A stretch of 64,000 nt of DNA from Spirochaetota bacterium (GCA_018816345.1 JAHIWG010000097.1:463-64462), one strand, 5' to 3'. Counted from the stretch's first letter, positions 37,562 through 47,486 are shown. Numbers and translations are program-made. Notes: a model not told the origin generated them from the letters alone.

Positions 37562-39349
37562 CTATTCCAGGACTGCCCGGATCCGCCTCACGCCGGCCGA
37601 AGAGCTCTGCTCCTTCTGGATGACGAACTTGCCCAAGAGGCCCGTGCGCTCGACGTGCGGGCCGCCGCAGACTTCCTTGCTGAAGTCGCCCATCGAGTAG
37701 ACCTTGACCACGGCCTCGTACTTCTCGCCGAACAGGGCCGTCGCCCCAGACGCCTTGGCTTCCTCGAGCGGCAGCATCTCCATGGTAACGGGCAGGTCGC
37801 GGGCTATCTGCTCGTTGACGATGGCCTGGACGCGGGCTATCTCGTCGGCCGTCATCGGGGACGGATGGGAGAAGTCGAAGCGCATGCGCTCCGAGGTGAT
37901 ATTGGAGCCCTTCTGGGCCACGTGGTCGCCGAGCACGATGCGCAGCGCCTGCTGGAGCAGGTGCGTCGCCGTATGGTACTTAGTCGTCTGCTCCGACTGG
38001 TCGGCGAGCCCGCCCTTGAACGTCTCGCCTGCGCCCGCGCGCGACAGCTCCTGATGCTTCTTGAAGGCCTCGTCGAACTCGTCCCTATTGACCGTCATGC
38101 CGTTCTCCGAGGCGAGCTCGTCCGTCAGCTCGATGGGGAAGCCGTAGGTATCGTACAGCTTGAAGGCCAGGCGGCCGGACATGACCCGCTGGGGGTTGCG
38201 GAGGAGGTTGGGTAGCATCTTCTCGAATTCGTGCTCGCCCTTCTGGAGCGTCTCGAGGAACTTGGCTTCCTCGCGCTCCAGCTCCGCGATCACGCGAGCC
38301 CGGTTCTCCACGAGCTCTGGGTAGGCGCCTCCGAAGCGCTCGATGACTATCATGGCCGGCCCGGAAAGGAAGGATCCCTCGATGCCGAGCTTGCGGCCAT
38401 GGCGCACGGCGCGGCGTATCAGGCGCCGTACCACGTAGCCCGCGCCCACGTTGGAGGGCGTCACGCCCTTGGCGTCGCCGATTATAAAGGTCGAGGCGCG
38501 GACGTGATCGGCTATGATGCGCACGGAGGCGTCCCTCGCCGGGTCCGAGCCGTAGGAATACCCGGAGACGAACTCGATAGCGGCGATGACGGGCAGGAAT
38601 ATCTCGGTCTGGTACACGCTCGTCTTGCCGTTGAGCACGGTGACGGTGCGCTCGAGGCCCATGCCCGTGTCGACGTTCTGGGCCGGCAGCTTGACCAGGG
38701 TCCGCTCGTCGATGCGGTTGAACTGCATGAAGACGTTGTTCCAGATCTCCATCCAGTTGGCCGGATCGGTCCCCTTATTGGAGCCGGCCGGCGGCAGGCC
38801 CTCGCCAACCCAGAAGAATATCTCGGTATCGGGGCCGCAGGGCCCGGTCGGCCCGGCAGCCCACCAGTTGTCGCTCGCGGGCAGGTACGCGATCCTATCC
38901 TCGGGAACGCCCGCGCCCTTCCAGAAGCCGGCGGATTCCTCGTCGCGGGGAGCGTTCTCGTCGCCCTTGAACACCGTCACCGACAGCATGCGCGGATCGA
39001 GGGCCAGCCAATCCTTGGACGTGAGGAATTCCCAGGAATAGGCTATCGAGTCCTCCTTGAAATAGTCGCCGAGCGACCAGTTCCCGAGCATCTCGAAGCA
39101 CGTAAGGTGGGAAGGATCCCCTACCTCGTCGATATCGCCGGTGCGCACGCACTTCTGGTAATCGACCAGGCGCTTTCCCGCGGGATGTGGCTCGCCGAGC
39201 AGGTAGGGCACCAGGGGGTGCATGCCGGCGGTGGTAAAGAGCACCGTCGGGTCGTTCTCAGGCAGGAGCGACTTGCCCGAGATGATAGCGTGGCCCTTCG
39301 AGGCGAAGAACTCGAGGTATGTATTCCTAAGCTGGTCTGGTGTAATCAT
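37562..39349 (-). CDS. alaS: Alanine--tRNA ligase, short form lacking the C-Ala domain
   Basis: ATG at 39349 (MITPDQLRNTYLEFFASKGH). It has a class II catalytic core and editing-domain motifs HTATHLL and CGGPHV. It ends after about 595 aa. Confidence 0.9.
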   Translation of the reverse strand: MITPDQLRNTYLEFFASKGHAIISGKSLLPENDPTVLFTTAGMHPLVPYLLGEPHPAGKRLVDYQKCVRTGDIDEVGDPSHLTCFEMLGNWSLGDYFKEDSIAYSWEFLTSKDWLALDPRMLSVTVFKGDENAPRDEESAGFWKGAGVPEDRIAYLPASDNWWAAGPTGPCGPDTEIFFWVGEGLPPAGSNKGTDPANWMEIWNNVFMQFNRIDERTLVKLPAQNVDTGMGLERTVTVLNGKTSVYQTEIFLPVIAAIEFVSGYSYGSDPARDASVRIIADHVRASTFIIGDAKGVTPSNVGAGYVVRRLIRRAVRHGRKLGIEGSFLSGPAMIVIERFGGAYPELVENRARVIAELEREEAKFLETLQKGEHEFEKMLPNLLRNPQRVMSGRLAFKLYDTYGFPIELTDELASENGMTVNRDEFDEAFKKHQELSRAGAGETFKGGLADQSEQTTKYHTATHLLQQALRIVLGDHVAQKGSNITSERMRFDFSHPSPMTADEIARVQAIVNEQIARDLPVTMEMLPLEEAKASGATALFGEKYEAVVKVYSMGDFSKEVCGGPHVERTGLLGKFVIQKEQSSSAGVRRIRAVLE

Positions 39350-39500
39350 GATAGTCGATAGTAATAATTCGGCGCGGCCCTGGTCAATGGAGCCGCGGGG
39401 GAGCGCGCGGGATACGGGCGACGCGCGGGCCACGCGATACGAGGCGGATACGGGATGCGCGGTAGGATGCTGAGGCTCAGGGGAAGGCGCCTAGGAACGG

Positions 39501-40748
39501 CTACTCCGAGTCAGGATGCCGCTCGCGGATATCGTGGATACGCGGCAGGACGTCGAAGAAGGCGTCGACGAGCTCGGGATCGAACTTCGTGCCGGCCATG
39601 GCGCGAATTTCCTTGAGCACCGCGTCCTCGCCCCACGCCTCCTTGTATACCCGCCTGGACATCAGGGCGTCGTAGACGTCGGCTATCGCAACGATGCGGC
39701 CCCAGATAGGGATCTCCTCGCCTTTCCGCTTCAGCGCGCGGCCCTCGGCGTCGGCCCTGAGCACCGCGCCAGTCGTCGGGTCTACCCAGCCCGGGTAGCC
39801 CGTGCCGTCCCAGTTCTCGTGGTGGGTCAGCGAGACCTCGGCGGCTATCGTGTCGAAGTCGGACTGGGGATCGTCGAAGAGCCTTGCGCCGGAGCAGGTG
39901 TGGGTCTGCATGATGGCGTATTCCTCGGGAGTGAACTTCGCCGGCTTCTTGAGGATGAGGTCGCTGATGGCCACCTTCCCCACGTCGTGGAGCATGGCGG
40001 CCAGCTTCAAGAGATCCTTGTTCTTATCCAGGTCGTTCTTCCCGACGCCGTGGGTGTAGGCCCAGCGCTCGTAGATCTCTATGGTATACCCGGCGACACG
40101 GTTGACGTGGGCGCCCGTCTCCTTAGGATCGCGCAGCTCGGCCATGCGGATCATGCGGATGATCATCGACCGGGTCATGTACGCGCGCTGGAGGGCGACC
40201 GTCGCGTTAGCCGCGAAATGCGTGACGAGCGTCTCGTCCTGCTTGGTGAACGCCTCCACCTTGCCGTCCGGGCCCATGGCGTTGATTATCTGGATGACGC
40301 CAAGGACGACGTTGTTCTGGGACTTCAAGGGGACGGTGAGCATCGAGGTCGTCTTATAGTTGACCTTGGCGTCGTAGGCGGTGGCGTAGCTGAACGGCAA
40401 GCCCGGCGGCAGGTTGTACACGTCGGGGATGTTGAGGAGCTCGCCGGTCATGGCTACGTAGCCCGAGATGCTCTTATCGTTGACCGGGATGCTGAAATGG
40501 GGGTAGGCCTGCTTCTCTCCCGGCGGGAGGCTCTTCTGCTTCGTATCGTTATGGGCGAATTTGATGGAGATGACGTCGCCTTCCTTGACGTAGATGGAGC
40601 CTGCGTCGGCGTGCACGACTCTCCTTGCCTCGAGCAGGACCCGCTCGAGCAGGATGTCGTAATCCCTGATCTTATTCAGCTCCGAATCGATCCGGATTAT
40701 CTGCTGAACCTCGTCTGCCTCGGGCTCCATCACTACTCCTTTAAGCAC
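39501..40748 (-). CDS. GAF-domain HD-GYP phosphodiesterase (c-di-GMP)
   Basis: N-terminal GAF domain and C-terminal HD-GYP domain with LHDVGK and HHENWDGTGYP. Confidence 0.85.
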   Translation of the reverse strand: MLKGVVMEPEADEVQQIIRIDSELNKIRDYDILLERVLLEARRVVHADAGSIYVKEGDVISIKFAHNDTKQKSLPPGEKQAYPHFSIPVNDKSISGYVAMTGELLNIPDVYNLPPGLPFSYATAYDAKVNYKTTSMLTVPLKSQNNVVLGVIQIINAMGPDGKVEAFTKQDETLVTHFAANATVALQRAYMTRSMIIRMIRMAELRDPKETGAHVNRVAGYTIEIYERWAYTHGVGKNDLDKNKDLLKLAAMLHDVGKVAISDLILKKPAKFTPEEYAIMQTHTCSGARLFDDPQSDFDTIAAEVSLTHHENWDGTGYPGWVDPTTGAVLRADAEGRALKRKGEEIPIWGRIVAIADVYDALMSRRVYKEAWGEDAVLKEIRAMAGTKFDPELVDAFFDVLPRIHDIRERHPDSE

Positions 40749-40840
40749 CTAGTATATCCTATCGACCATGGCGCGTCGATGTGTAGAGTAAAAGAAAATG
40801 ATTATCGCCGGGATTCCCCACAATAGCCCTTCCCGGGGTT

Positions 40841-40869
40841 TTGACACGATTCCCGGGGAAGGCGATACT
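40841..40869 (+). promoter_or_regulatory. Sigma-70-type promoter for the gamma-CA gene (TTGACA-17-GATACT), flanked by a ttcccgggg direct repeat
   Basis: TTGACA at 40841-40846 and GATACT at 40864-40869. The -35 box is bracketed by two copies of ttcccgggg. Confidence 0.4.
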
Positions 40870-40892
40870 GGCGGCGACTAGAGGAGGCTCTC

Positions 40893-41411
40893 ATGGTACA
40901 CGCGATAGGCGATAAGGAACCGACGATAGCGGGCAGCGCGTTCGTCGCGTGGAACGCGGAGATAGCCGGCGCGGCCGCCGTCGGGGAGGACTCGTCGGTA
41001 TGGTTCGGCGTGACGATACGGGCCGACATGGCTCCGGTCAGCGTAGGCGAGCGCTCGAATATACAGGACGGCGCGGTCGTGCACGTTAACACCGGCGTCC
41101 CCTGCATAGTCGGGAACGACGTGACCGTGGGGCACAGGGCCGTGCTGCACGGCTGCGTCGTGGGGGACGGGTGCCTCGTAGGCATGGGCGCCATACTGCT
41201 CAACGGATCGGAGATAGGCCCGGGCTCCATAGTCGGCGCGGGCGCCCTCGTAACCCAGGGCAAGCGCTTCCCTCCCCGATCGCTCGTGATGGGCAGCCCC
41301 GCCCGCCTCGTCCGGGAGGTCAGCGACGAAGAATACGCGCATTCGCTCGCCAACGCCAGGGAATACGTCTCGCTCGCGAGGGGGGCCAAGGACTACCGCC
41401 CGATGAGCTGA
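40893..41411 (+). CDS. Gamma-class carbonic anhydrase / hexapeptide-repeat (PaaY/YrdA-like) protein
   Basis: Left-handed beta-helix repeats with SVWFGVTIRAD, NIQDGAVVH and GHRAVLHGC. Confidence 0.85.
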   Translation: MVHAIGDKEPTIAGSAFVAWNAEIAGAAAVGEDSSVWFGVTIRADMAPVSVGERSNIQDGAVVHVNTGVPCIVGNDVTVGHRAVLHGCVVGDGCLVGMGAILLNGSEIGPGSIVGAGALVTQGKRFPPRSLVMGSPARLVREVSDEEYAHSLANAREYVSLARGAKDYRPMS

Positions 41412-41449
41412 CTCGGGGGTAGCGCGACGCTCCGTAGGGCGATGACGCC

Positions 41450-42289
41450 TTGCGTTTCCGCTTTCCCGGCTATAGTATATCGTTCATGGGAAACGAGAAC
41501 GGCGGCGAACGATTGGAACTCGAGAGGAAGGGCGCGTTCGGGCGGAAGGTGTTCTTCCTCAATCCTCCCGCCGTCATCGGCGAGGTGGCGACGGCCTTGG
41601 CCGAGGCCGAATTCGAGGTGTATTCCACCCGGGACCACGCCAAGCTGGCAAGGTTCCTCCGCAAGGAGCCCGAGTGCCTGACCTTCATCAATATAGACGA
41701 GGGCGACGACGAGGGCGTCTGGCGCAACTGGATGCGGACGATTAGGGAGGACCAGTCGTCGAGAGGCGCCGCGTTCGGCGTCATCACGATGCTCGACGAC
41801 GAGGACAAGCGCTCGTTCTACCTCATGGACCTCGGCATCGAGTGCGGCTTCATCGTGGTGAAGATCGGCGCGGCCAAGACCACGGAGATACTCCTGCGCA
41901 TGCTCGAGGCCAACGAGGCGCGCGGCCGCAGGCGCTACGTCCGCGCCGCGTGCCCTCCGGACGCCACGGATTTCAGCTGTCCGACCGAAGACGGAGTCAA
42001 ACGGGGCTGGATCAAGGACCTGAGCTCCGTGGGCATGTCCGCCGCCTTCGTCGAGGGGACGACGCCGAAGGCCGGGACGAGGCTCAAGGACTTACAGCTA
42101 AACCTCAAGGGCGTACGGCTGATACTCAACGGCGTCGTCGTCGGCAACCACGAAGCCCCCGGCATAGGGTCGATATCGGTCGTGATGTTCGAGCCCGCGA
42201 GCGTATCGGAAGAGAAACGCGTCAAGCTCCGCGCCTTCATCCGCAAGACACTGCAGTCGACCATGGACAAGGCGCTCTCGCTGGCCTGA
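41450..42289 (+). CDS. PilZ-domain c-di-GMP receptor with N-terminal pseudo-receiver-like domain (PlzA-like architecture)
   Basis: PilZ motifs RGRRRYVR and DLSSVGM. The start is either TTG 41450 or ATG 41486. Confidence 0.7.
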   Translation: MRFRFPGYSISFMGNENGGERLELERKGAFGRKVFFLNPPAVIGEVATALAEAEFEVYSTRDHAKLARFLRKEPECLTFINIDEGDDEGVWRNWMRTIREDQSSRGAAFGVITMLDDEDKRSFYLMDLGIECGFIVVKIGAAKTTEILLRMLEANEARGRRRYVRAACPPDATDFSCPTEDGVKRGWIKDLSSVGMSAAFVEGTTPKAGTRLKDLQLNLKGVRLILNGVVVGNHEAPGIGSISVVMFEPASVSEEKRVKLRAFIRKTLQSTMDKALSLA

Positions 42290-42317
42290 GGCCCGGCGAG
42301 AGCTTCCCCCGCCCACC

Positions 42318-44258
42318 CTACTTCGCCGGGCGGGGCTTCCTATACGGCTTGCCGCCGGGCGCGTCGCCGGGACCCGCCCCTCGCGGCTTATACGGCTTCC
42401 CCTTGTCGTAGCCGCCCTTGGGCCCGTAGGAGCGCTTCGGCCCCCCAGCTCCCCCGGGCCCGCCCTTGGGCGTCGCTATTCGGACGGGAGGTGCCCCTCG
42501 CTGCCGCCGCGCCTCGGCTATCGCCTTCTCGGCGGCCTCGAACGGCACGCTGACGAACGAGAAGCGCTCCAGCACCTCGATATCGTCGACGAGCCGATCC
42601 GGGAGGCCCGTCAGCCGCTTGACCACGGCGGCGACGTCCTTGGGCCAGGCGCCGTCCTGCTTGCCTATGCCGACGTACAGCCTCGCGGTAGCCGCCGAGT
42701 CCACGGACACGTCCCGGACCTCGCCGTAGCGTCGCGGGTCGAGGTCGCCGGAGTACGCGGCGGCCGCGAGCGACGCCAGGGCGTCGCGCGGCGGCAATAT
42801 CGCCAGGAGCTCGTCGGCCAGCTCGTAGAACGCCACGACCGAGGGATTCGTCTTCTTAGGGGCTACGACTATGGGTTTCGCCGCCTTTTCGCTCCCCGGG
42901 CTTTTCTTGCCCCCGAGCTCGCCCGAACCCTCGGCGGAGTCGGCGTCGGCGTCGGCGTCGGATTCCCGCGGCTCGGCGTCAGGCCTGGCGGCCGCCTCGT
43001 CGGACGCTGCGGACCCGTCAAGCAGCGCGTCCTCGTCGTCGTCCTCGTCGGTATGGAACGATAGCCCGAGGACCTCGCGGGCTGCGCCGGCCGTCTTGGC
43101 CTTTATGCGCGCCCGCTTCGCCTCGATCACGTCGGATACCGTCGGCACGGAGCCCTTATGGAGGCCGTCGCCGGAGGCTCGCCTGAGAGCGAACAGGCGG
43201 CGGTACTCCTCGGGAGTGACGAAGGTGATGGCGGTGCCCTTGTTGCCCGCCCTGCCGGTACGCCCTATCCTATGCGTATAAGACTCCGGGTCGAACGGCA
43301 GGTTGAAGTTGACTACGTGCGTCAGGCGCTCGACGTCGATGCCCCGGGCCGCGACGTCGGTGGCGACGAGGATGAGCGTCTTCTTCTCGCGGAAGCGGCC
43401 GAGCGTGCGCTCCCGCATATCCTGGGAGACGTCGCCGTGCAGGGCCTCGGCCGCGTAGCCCCGCTCGGAGAGGGCGCGCGCCACCGCGTCGGTCTCTATC
43501 TTCGTGTGGCAGAACACCAGCCCGTAGAACTCGTCCTCGGCGTCGACGATGCGGCACAGGGCCTCGAGCTTGTCGCGCTCCCTCACCTCGAGCCATATCT
43601 GGTCGGTGAGCCCCGCCTGTACCGGGTTGGTCGTGTCCTCGACGGTCGTGAAGGACCCGAGGCGCTCGCGGGCTATCCTGACGATGGGATAGGGCATGGT
43701 AGCGGAGAAGAGGACGACGCGGCGCTCCGGGTTAGAGGCGTCCATCACCTTCTCTATGTCCTCGATGAAGCCCATGTCGAGCATCTCGTCGGCCTCGTCG
43801 AGGACGAGCCACTCGAGGCCGGACAGGTCGAGGGTCTTACGGTCGATATGGTCGATGACGCGGCCCGGCGTGCCGACGACTATGTCCACGCCCCGGGACA
43901 GTCGCCGGAGCTGCTCGCTCATCGACGCTCCGCCGTAGACCGTGGCGATGCGGGGCGTCGGGCCCGGGGCGAAGCTGGCTATCTCGCCCGATACCTGCAC
44001 CGCCAGCTCGCGGGTCGGCACCAGGATGAGGGCGCGGACCTTGGGTCCCGGCGCCGACAGCCGCTCCACGAGGGGCAGCCCGAAGGCCGCGGTCTTGCCC
44101 GTCCCCGTCCTCGCGCGGGCGACGAGGTGCTCGGTGCCGCGCAGGAGCACGGGAATGGCGAGCGCCTGGATTGGGGTAGGCTCCTCGAAGCCCTTGCGTG
44201 CGAGCGCCTCGATTACGGGCGCGGAGAAGCCGAATTCGGCGAAGGTAGGAGAAGGCAT
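42318..44258 (-). CDS. DEAD-box ATP-dependent RNA helicase with DbpA-like RNA-binding domain and RG/KP-rich tail
   Basis: Q-motif, AxTGTGKT, DEAD (LVLDEADEM), SAT and HRIGRTGRAG. Acidic linker and basic Gly/Pro/Lys C-terminus. Confidence 0.9.
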   Translation of the reverse strand: MPSPTFAEFGFSAPVIEALARKGFEEPTPIQALAIPVLLRGTEHLVARARTGTGKTAAFGLPLVERLSAPGPKVRALILVPTRELAVQVSGEIASFAPGPTPRIATVYGGASMSEQLRRLSRGVDIVVGTPGRVIDHIDRKTLDLSGLEWLVLDEADEMLDMGFIEDIEKVMDASNPERRVVLFSATMPYPIVRIARERLGSFTTVEDTTNPVQAGLTDQIWLEVRERDKLEALCRIVDAEDEFYGLVFCHTKIETDAVARALSERGYAAEALHGDVSQDMRERTLGRFREKKTLILVATDVAARGIDVERLTHVVNFNLPFDPESYTHRIGRTGRAGNKGTAITFVTPEEYRRLFALRRASGDGLHKGSVPTVSDVIEAKRARIKAKTAGAAREVLGLSFHTDEDDDEDALLDGSAASDEAAARPDAEPRESDADADADSAEGSGELGGKKSPGSEKAAKPIVVAPKKTNPSVVAFYELADELLAILPPRDALASLAAAAYSGDLDPRRYGEVRDVSVDSAATARLYVGIGKQDGAWPKDVAAVVKRLTGLPDRLVDDIEVLERFSFVSVPFEAAEKAIAEARRQRGAPPVRIATPKGGPGGAGGPKRSYGPKGGYDKGKPYKPRGAGPGDAPGGKPYRKPRPAK

Positions 44259-44470
44259 CTGTATCCTTACGAGGGAACGAATTGTCTCGGGGGGTCGAAT
44301 CTTCGACGTGGAGCGTATCGACGATGGGAAGCCGATCCCGCGGGATCCTTTAACTATACAGCCGCGGGCCTCCGATAGTCCAGACCGGATACGCGATAAG
44401 TCCTAAACCATCGCGCGCAAACGCCGAAACTATAGTCATGGACGCTATGAGCGTCGATCGGAGGATAACG

Positions 44471-44665
44471 ATGAAGACTTTCGCCATTAAGAGCACCGAT
44501 CGCGCGCCCTCGGTTCTAGAACTCATGGGCGAGATCGAGGACGGCTACGTCGTACGCATAGTCAGGCACCGCGACGATTGGGACGACGTGAGCGAGGAAT
44601 TCATGACCCGGGAGCTGTTCGATACCTGCGTACGGACAGGCTACATCTACGAGATGTCCGCGTAG
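44471..44665 (+). CDS. Small hypothetical protein (64 aa)
   Basis: ATG at 44471 lies 6 nt after GGAGG; the ORF-track start at 44438 has no RBS. A GC hairpin follows. Confidence 0.45.
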   Translation: MKTFAIKSTDRAPSVLELMGEIEDGYVVRIVRHRDDWDDVSEEFMTRELFDTCVRTGYIYEMSA

Positions 44666-44701
44666 CCTCTTCTAGCCCGATACATAAAGTCTATGCATCG
44701 A

Positions 44702-44724
44702 GGGCCGTCCCGCCGGGGCGGCCC
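44702..44724 (+). terminator. GC hairpin downstream of the small ORF
   Basis: 10-bp stem (gggccgtccc / ggggcggccc, one G-U pair) with a 3-nt loop and a weak T-tract (cgccgttt). Confidence 0.35.
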
Positions 44725-44750
44725 TCGCCGTTTCCCGGCCGCGCGCCTCG

Positions 44751-44793
44751 GGACGCTTCCCGGACGCTTCCCGGACGCTTCCCCGCCGCTTCC
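44751..44793. repeat. Tandem 11-mer (ggacgcttccc) x3 plus one degenerate unit
   Basis: Perfect copies at 44751-61, 44762-72 and 44773-83, then cgccgcttcc. Intergenic, about 110 nt upstream of the GHMP kinase start. Confidence 0.9.
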
Positions 44794-44901
44794 TTAACGC
44801 GATCCTAGCGCCGCTTTCACTTCTATAAGACGAAAAAGCATGCTATCGTTGCCGGAACGCGGCCGCGCCCCGACGGCGCGGCGCCGCCCCCAGGAGGAAC
44901 C

Positions 44902-46185
44902 GTGCACGATCCAGAATCGCTCTATAAGCTTCCAAGGTCGCGCGAAGGCAGGAAGCTGCTGGGCCGCTGGTACGGAGACGCCCGAGTCCCGGCCGAGGCC
45001 GCCAGGTGGGAAGCCCTCGCGGAGCTGACGCTCGGCACGTACGACGTACCCGAGGCCGCCTTCGTATCGAGCCCGGGACGGACGGAGCTAGGCGGCAACC
45101 ATACCGACCATAACGACGGCAAGGTCCTCTGCGCCGCCGTCCACCTCGACGCCCTGGCGTGCGTGGCGCCCCGAGACGACCTCGCCGTCGAGTTATTCTC
45201 CGAGGGCTGGGAAGAGCCCTTCCGGGTGGACCTCGGGGAGCTCGAGCCCAAGCCCGAGGAGAGAGGCAAGCCGGAATCGCTCATACGCGGCGTCGCCGCG
45301 GCGATAGCCAGGCGCGGCGGGATGATAGGCGGCTTCAGGGGCCGGATGACGTCGGCGGTACCCGCCGGTTCGGGCCTCTCGAGCTCGGCCGCCGTGGAGG
45401 TGCTGTTCGGCCAGATACAGAACGCCCTCTATAACCAGAACAGGATACCTCCGGCGGAGATAGCCATGGCGAGCAAGGAGGCGGAGAACCTCCACTTCGG
45501 CAAGCCCTGCGGCCTGATGGACCAGATGGCCTGCGCGCTCGGCGGCATCTCCGCCATAGACTTCGGCCGGCCCGACAAGCCGCGATGGTCGCGCGTCGGC
45601 TTCGACTTCGAGAAAGCCGGGTACGTCCTCGCCGTCGTCGACACCGGCGGCAGCCACGCGGACCTGACGGAGCATTACGCCGCCATACCGGCCGAGATGC
45701 GCGCGGTGGCCGAGCTGTTCGGCCTGCCGAGCCTCCGGAAGCTCTCCCTGGACAAGCTCATACGCAAGTCGGCCGAGATACGGGAGAAAGCCGGGGACCG
45801 GGCTCTCCTCCGCGCCATGCATTTCGTCGCAGAGAACGAGCGGGCCGAGGAGATGGCGGAGACCCTCGACGAGGGAAGGCTCAAGAAATTCCTCAAGCTG
45901 GTCAAGCGCTCCGGGGATTCCTCCTGGCGCCTCCTCCAGAACGTGACGCCCCCGGGGGCCGAGCGGGACCAGCCCTTGGCGGTGGCCATAGAGCTATCCA
46001 AGGCCTTCATCCGCAAGGACGGGGCCGCGCGGGTCCACGGCGGCGGCTTCGCGGGGACGATACAGGCCTACCTCAAGGCTGATCAGGCCGAGGAGTACGC
46101 CGACTACATGGACGCGCGATTCGGGTCGGGAGCTACGACGATACTGCATATAAGGCCCGACGGGGCCGGAGAGGCTATTCTATGA
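44902..46185 (+). CDS. GHMP-family sugar 1-kinase (galactokinase-like, atypical signature)
   Basis: GTG start after AGGAGG. It has GRTELGGNHTDHNDG in place of the canonical GalK GEHxDY, plus the GHMP motif PAGSGLSSSAA. Confidence 0.75.
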   Translation: MHDPESLYKLPRSREGRKLLGRWYGDARVPAEAARWEALAELTLGTYDVPEAAFVSSPGRTELGGNHTDHNDGKVLCAAVHLDALACVAPRDDLAVELFSEGWEEPFRVDLGELEPKPEERGKPESLIRGVAAAIARRGGMIGGFRGRMTSAVPAGSGLSSSAAVEVLFGQIQNALYNQNRIPPAEIAMASKEAENLHFGKPCGLMDQMACALGGISAIDFGRPDKPRWSRVGFDFEKAGYVLAVVDTGGSHADLTEHYAAIPAEMRAVAELFGLPSLRKLSLDKLIRKSAEIREKAGDRALLRAMHFVAENERAEEMAETLDEGRLKKFLKLVKRSGDSSWRLLQNVTPPGAERDQPLAVAIELSKAFIRKDGAARVHGGGFAGTIQAYLKADQAEEYADYMDARFGSGATTILHIRPDGAGEAIL

Positions 46186-47486
46186 ACGAGAAGAAAGAGA
46201 GCTTCAAGCCCTACATGGGCCTGACCTTCCTCATCGGATTCGGGTTCTTCACGATGGGCCTTATGGACATCCTCTACGACACCTACGTGCCCATCTTCCT
46301 CGGGAAGTACTTGCAGAAGAATTTCCTCGTGGGCGGGCTGATGACCCTCGACAACCTGCTCGCGGTCTTCCTGATACCCTTCGTGTCGCTCTGGTCCGAT
46401 AATACGAGGACGAGGATAGGCCGGCGCATGCCGTTCATCATCGTCCTCCTCCCGCTGTCGGCGATTTGCTTCTCGCTCATCCCGTACGCGGCCGCTCGGT
46501 CCATAGGCGCGCTCTTGCTCGTCATCTTCGGGCTCAATATCTTCAAGCAGTCGGTCCGAGGCCCCGTCGTGGCCCTGATGCCGGATACAATCCCGGGCGA
46601 ATTCCGGTCGGAGGCCAACGGCATCATCAATACGATGGGAGCGCTCGGGGCCATCGTCAGCACCGTCGGACTCGCCAGGCTGATGGACCTGGACGTAGTC
46701 CTTCCCCTGTTAGGCAGGACCAAGGACAGCATCCCGTTCCCCATAGCCGGCGTGCTCGTGATACTCGCGGCCGTGCTGGTATTCTCCTTCGTGCGCGAGA
46801 AGAACCACGACGCTATCTCCAAGGAAGAGAAGGCGCCGCTCGTCCGATCGCTCAGGGCGATAGCGGGAGAGAAGGATAAGAGCGCGCTCTGGATCCTCGT
46901 CGCGCTATTCTTCTGGTTCCTGGGATACCAGGGCATCCTCCCCTTCATAGGCAAGCTGTGCAAGGACGTCTTCGAGATAAGCTCCAACGGAAAGGCGGCC
47001 CTGCCCGCTTCCATGGTCGCCATCGCCCAGACCCTGTTCGCCATCCCCTCGGGCTACGTGGCCCACCGCATCGGGAGGCGCAAGGCCATCAGGGCGGCGC
47101 TCCTCGTCCTCGTCGCTATACTCGGCGTAACCGCCTTCCTCGCGAGCGGGTTCGCCGGCTCCCTGGACACGGGCCTCAGGTTCAACATCCTCCTGGGGCT
47201 GATGTTCGTATTCGGCATATTCTGGATAACGATCATCACTAACTCCTTCCCCATGCTATGGCAGATGGCCACGTTCGGGACGATAGGCGTCTATACGGGC
47301 CTCTACTATACCTTCAGCCAGACCGCGGCAATCTCTTCGCCGCCCCTCACCGGCGCCCTCATCGACCTGGTCGGCTACTCCGGCATCTTCGTGTTCGCGG
47401 CGCTCTGCATGCTCGTAGCCTATTCCTTCATGGGCAAGGTCGCCAAGGGCGAGCCCGGGGAGAAGCCGGCCGCGGAGGCGGAGTAG
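46182..47486 (+). CDS. GPH/SLC45-like MFS sugar transporter
   Basis: ATGA overlap with the kinase gene. Motif WSDNTRTRIGRRMPFII typical of glycoside-pentoside-hexuronide type carriers. 12-TM-like profile. Confidence 0.8.
   Translation: MNEKKESFKPYMGLTFLIGFGFFTMGLMDILYDTYVPIFLGKYLQKNFLVGGLMTLDNLLAVFLIPFVSLWSDNTRTRIGRRMPFIIVLLPLSAICFSLIPYAAARSIGALLLVIFGLNIFKQSVRGPVVALMPDTIPGEFRSEANGIINTMGALGAIVSTVGLARLMDLDVVLPLLGRTKDSIPFPIAGVLVILAAVLVFSFVREKNHDAISKEEKAPLVRSLRAIAGEKDKSALWILVALFFWFLGYQGILPFIGKLCKDVFEISSNGKAALPASMVAIAQTLFAIPSGYVAHRIGRRKAIRAALLVLVAILGVTAFLASGFAGSLDTGLRFNILLGLMFVFGIFWITIITNSFPMLWQMATFGTIGVYTGLYYTFSQTAAISSPPLTGALIDLVGYSGIFVFAALCMLVAYSFMGKVAKGEPGEKPAAEAE

Noticed and set aside
41440-41476. 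A confident sigma-70 promoter for the PilZ gene.
   Set aside because: The TTGCGT-to-TATAGT spacing is only 15 nt, and the TTG is itself the ORF-track start codon. This is too ambiguous to list as a feature, so it is mentioned only in the leaderless-mRNA hypothesis.
44751-44793. CRISPR-like arrays among the tandem repeats (16403-16426, 18301-18348, 44751-44793, 57250-57309).
   Set aside because: The units are 6-12 nt with no unique spacers and only 3-8 copies, and there are no cas genes. They are simple tandem repeats.
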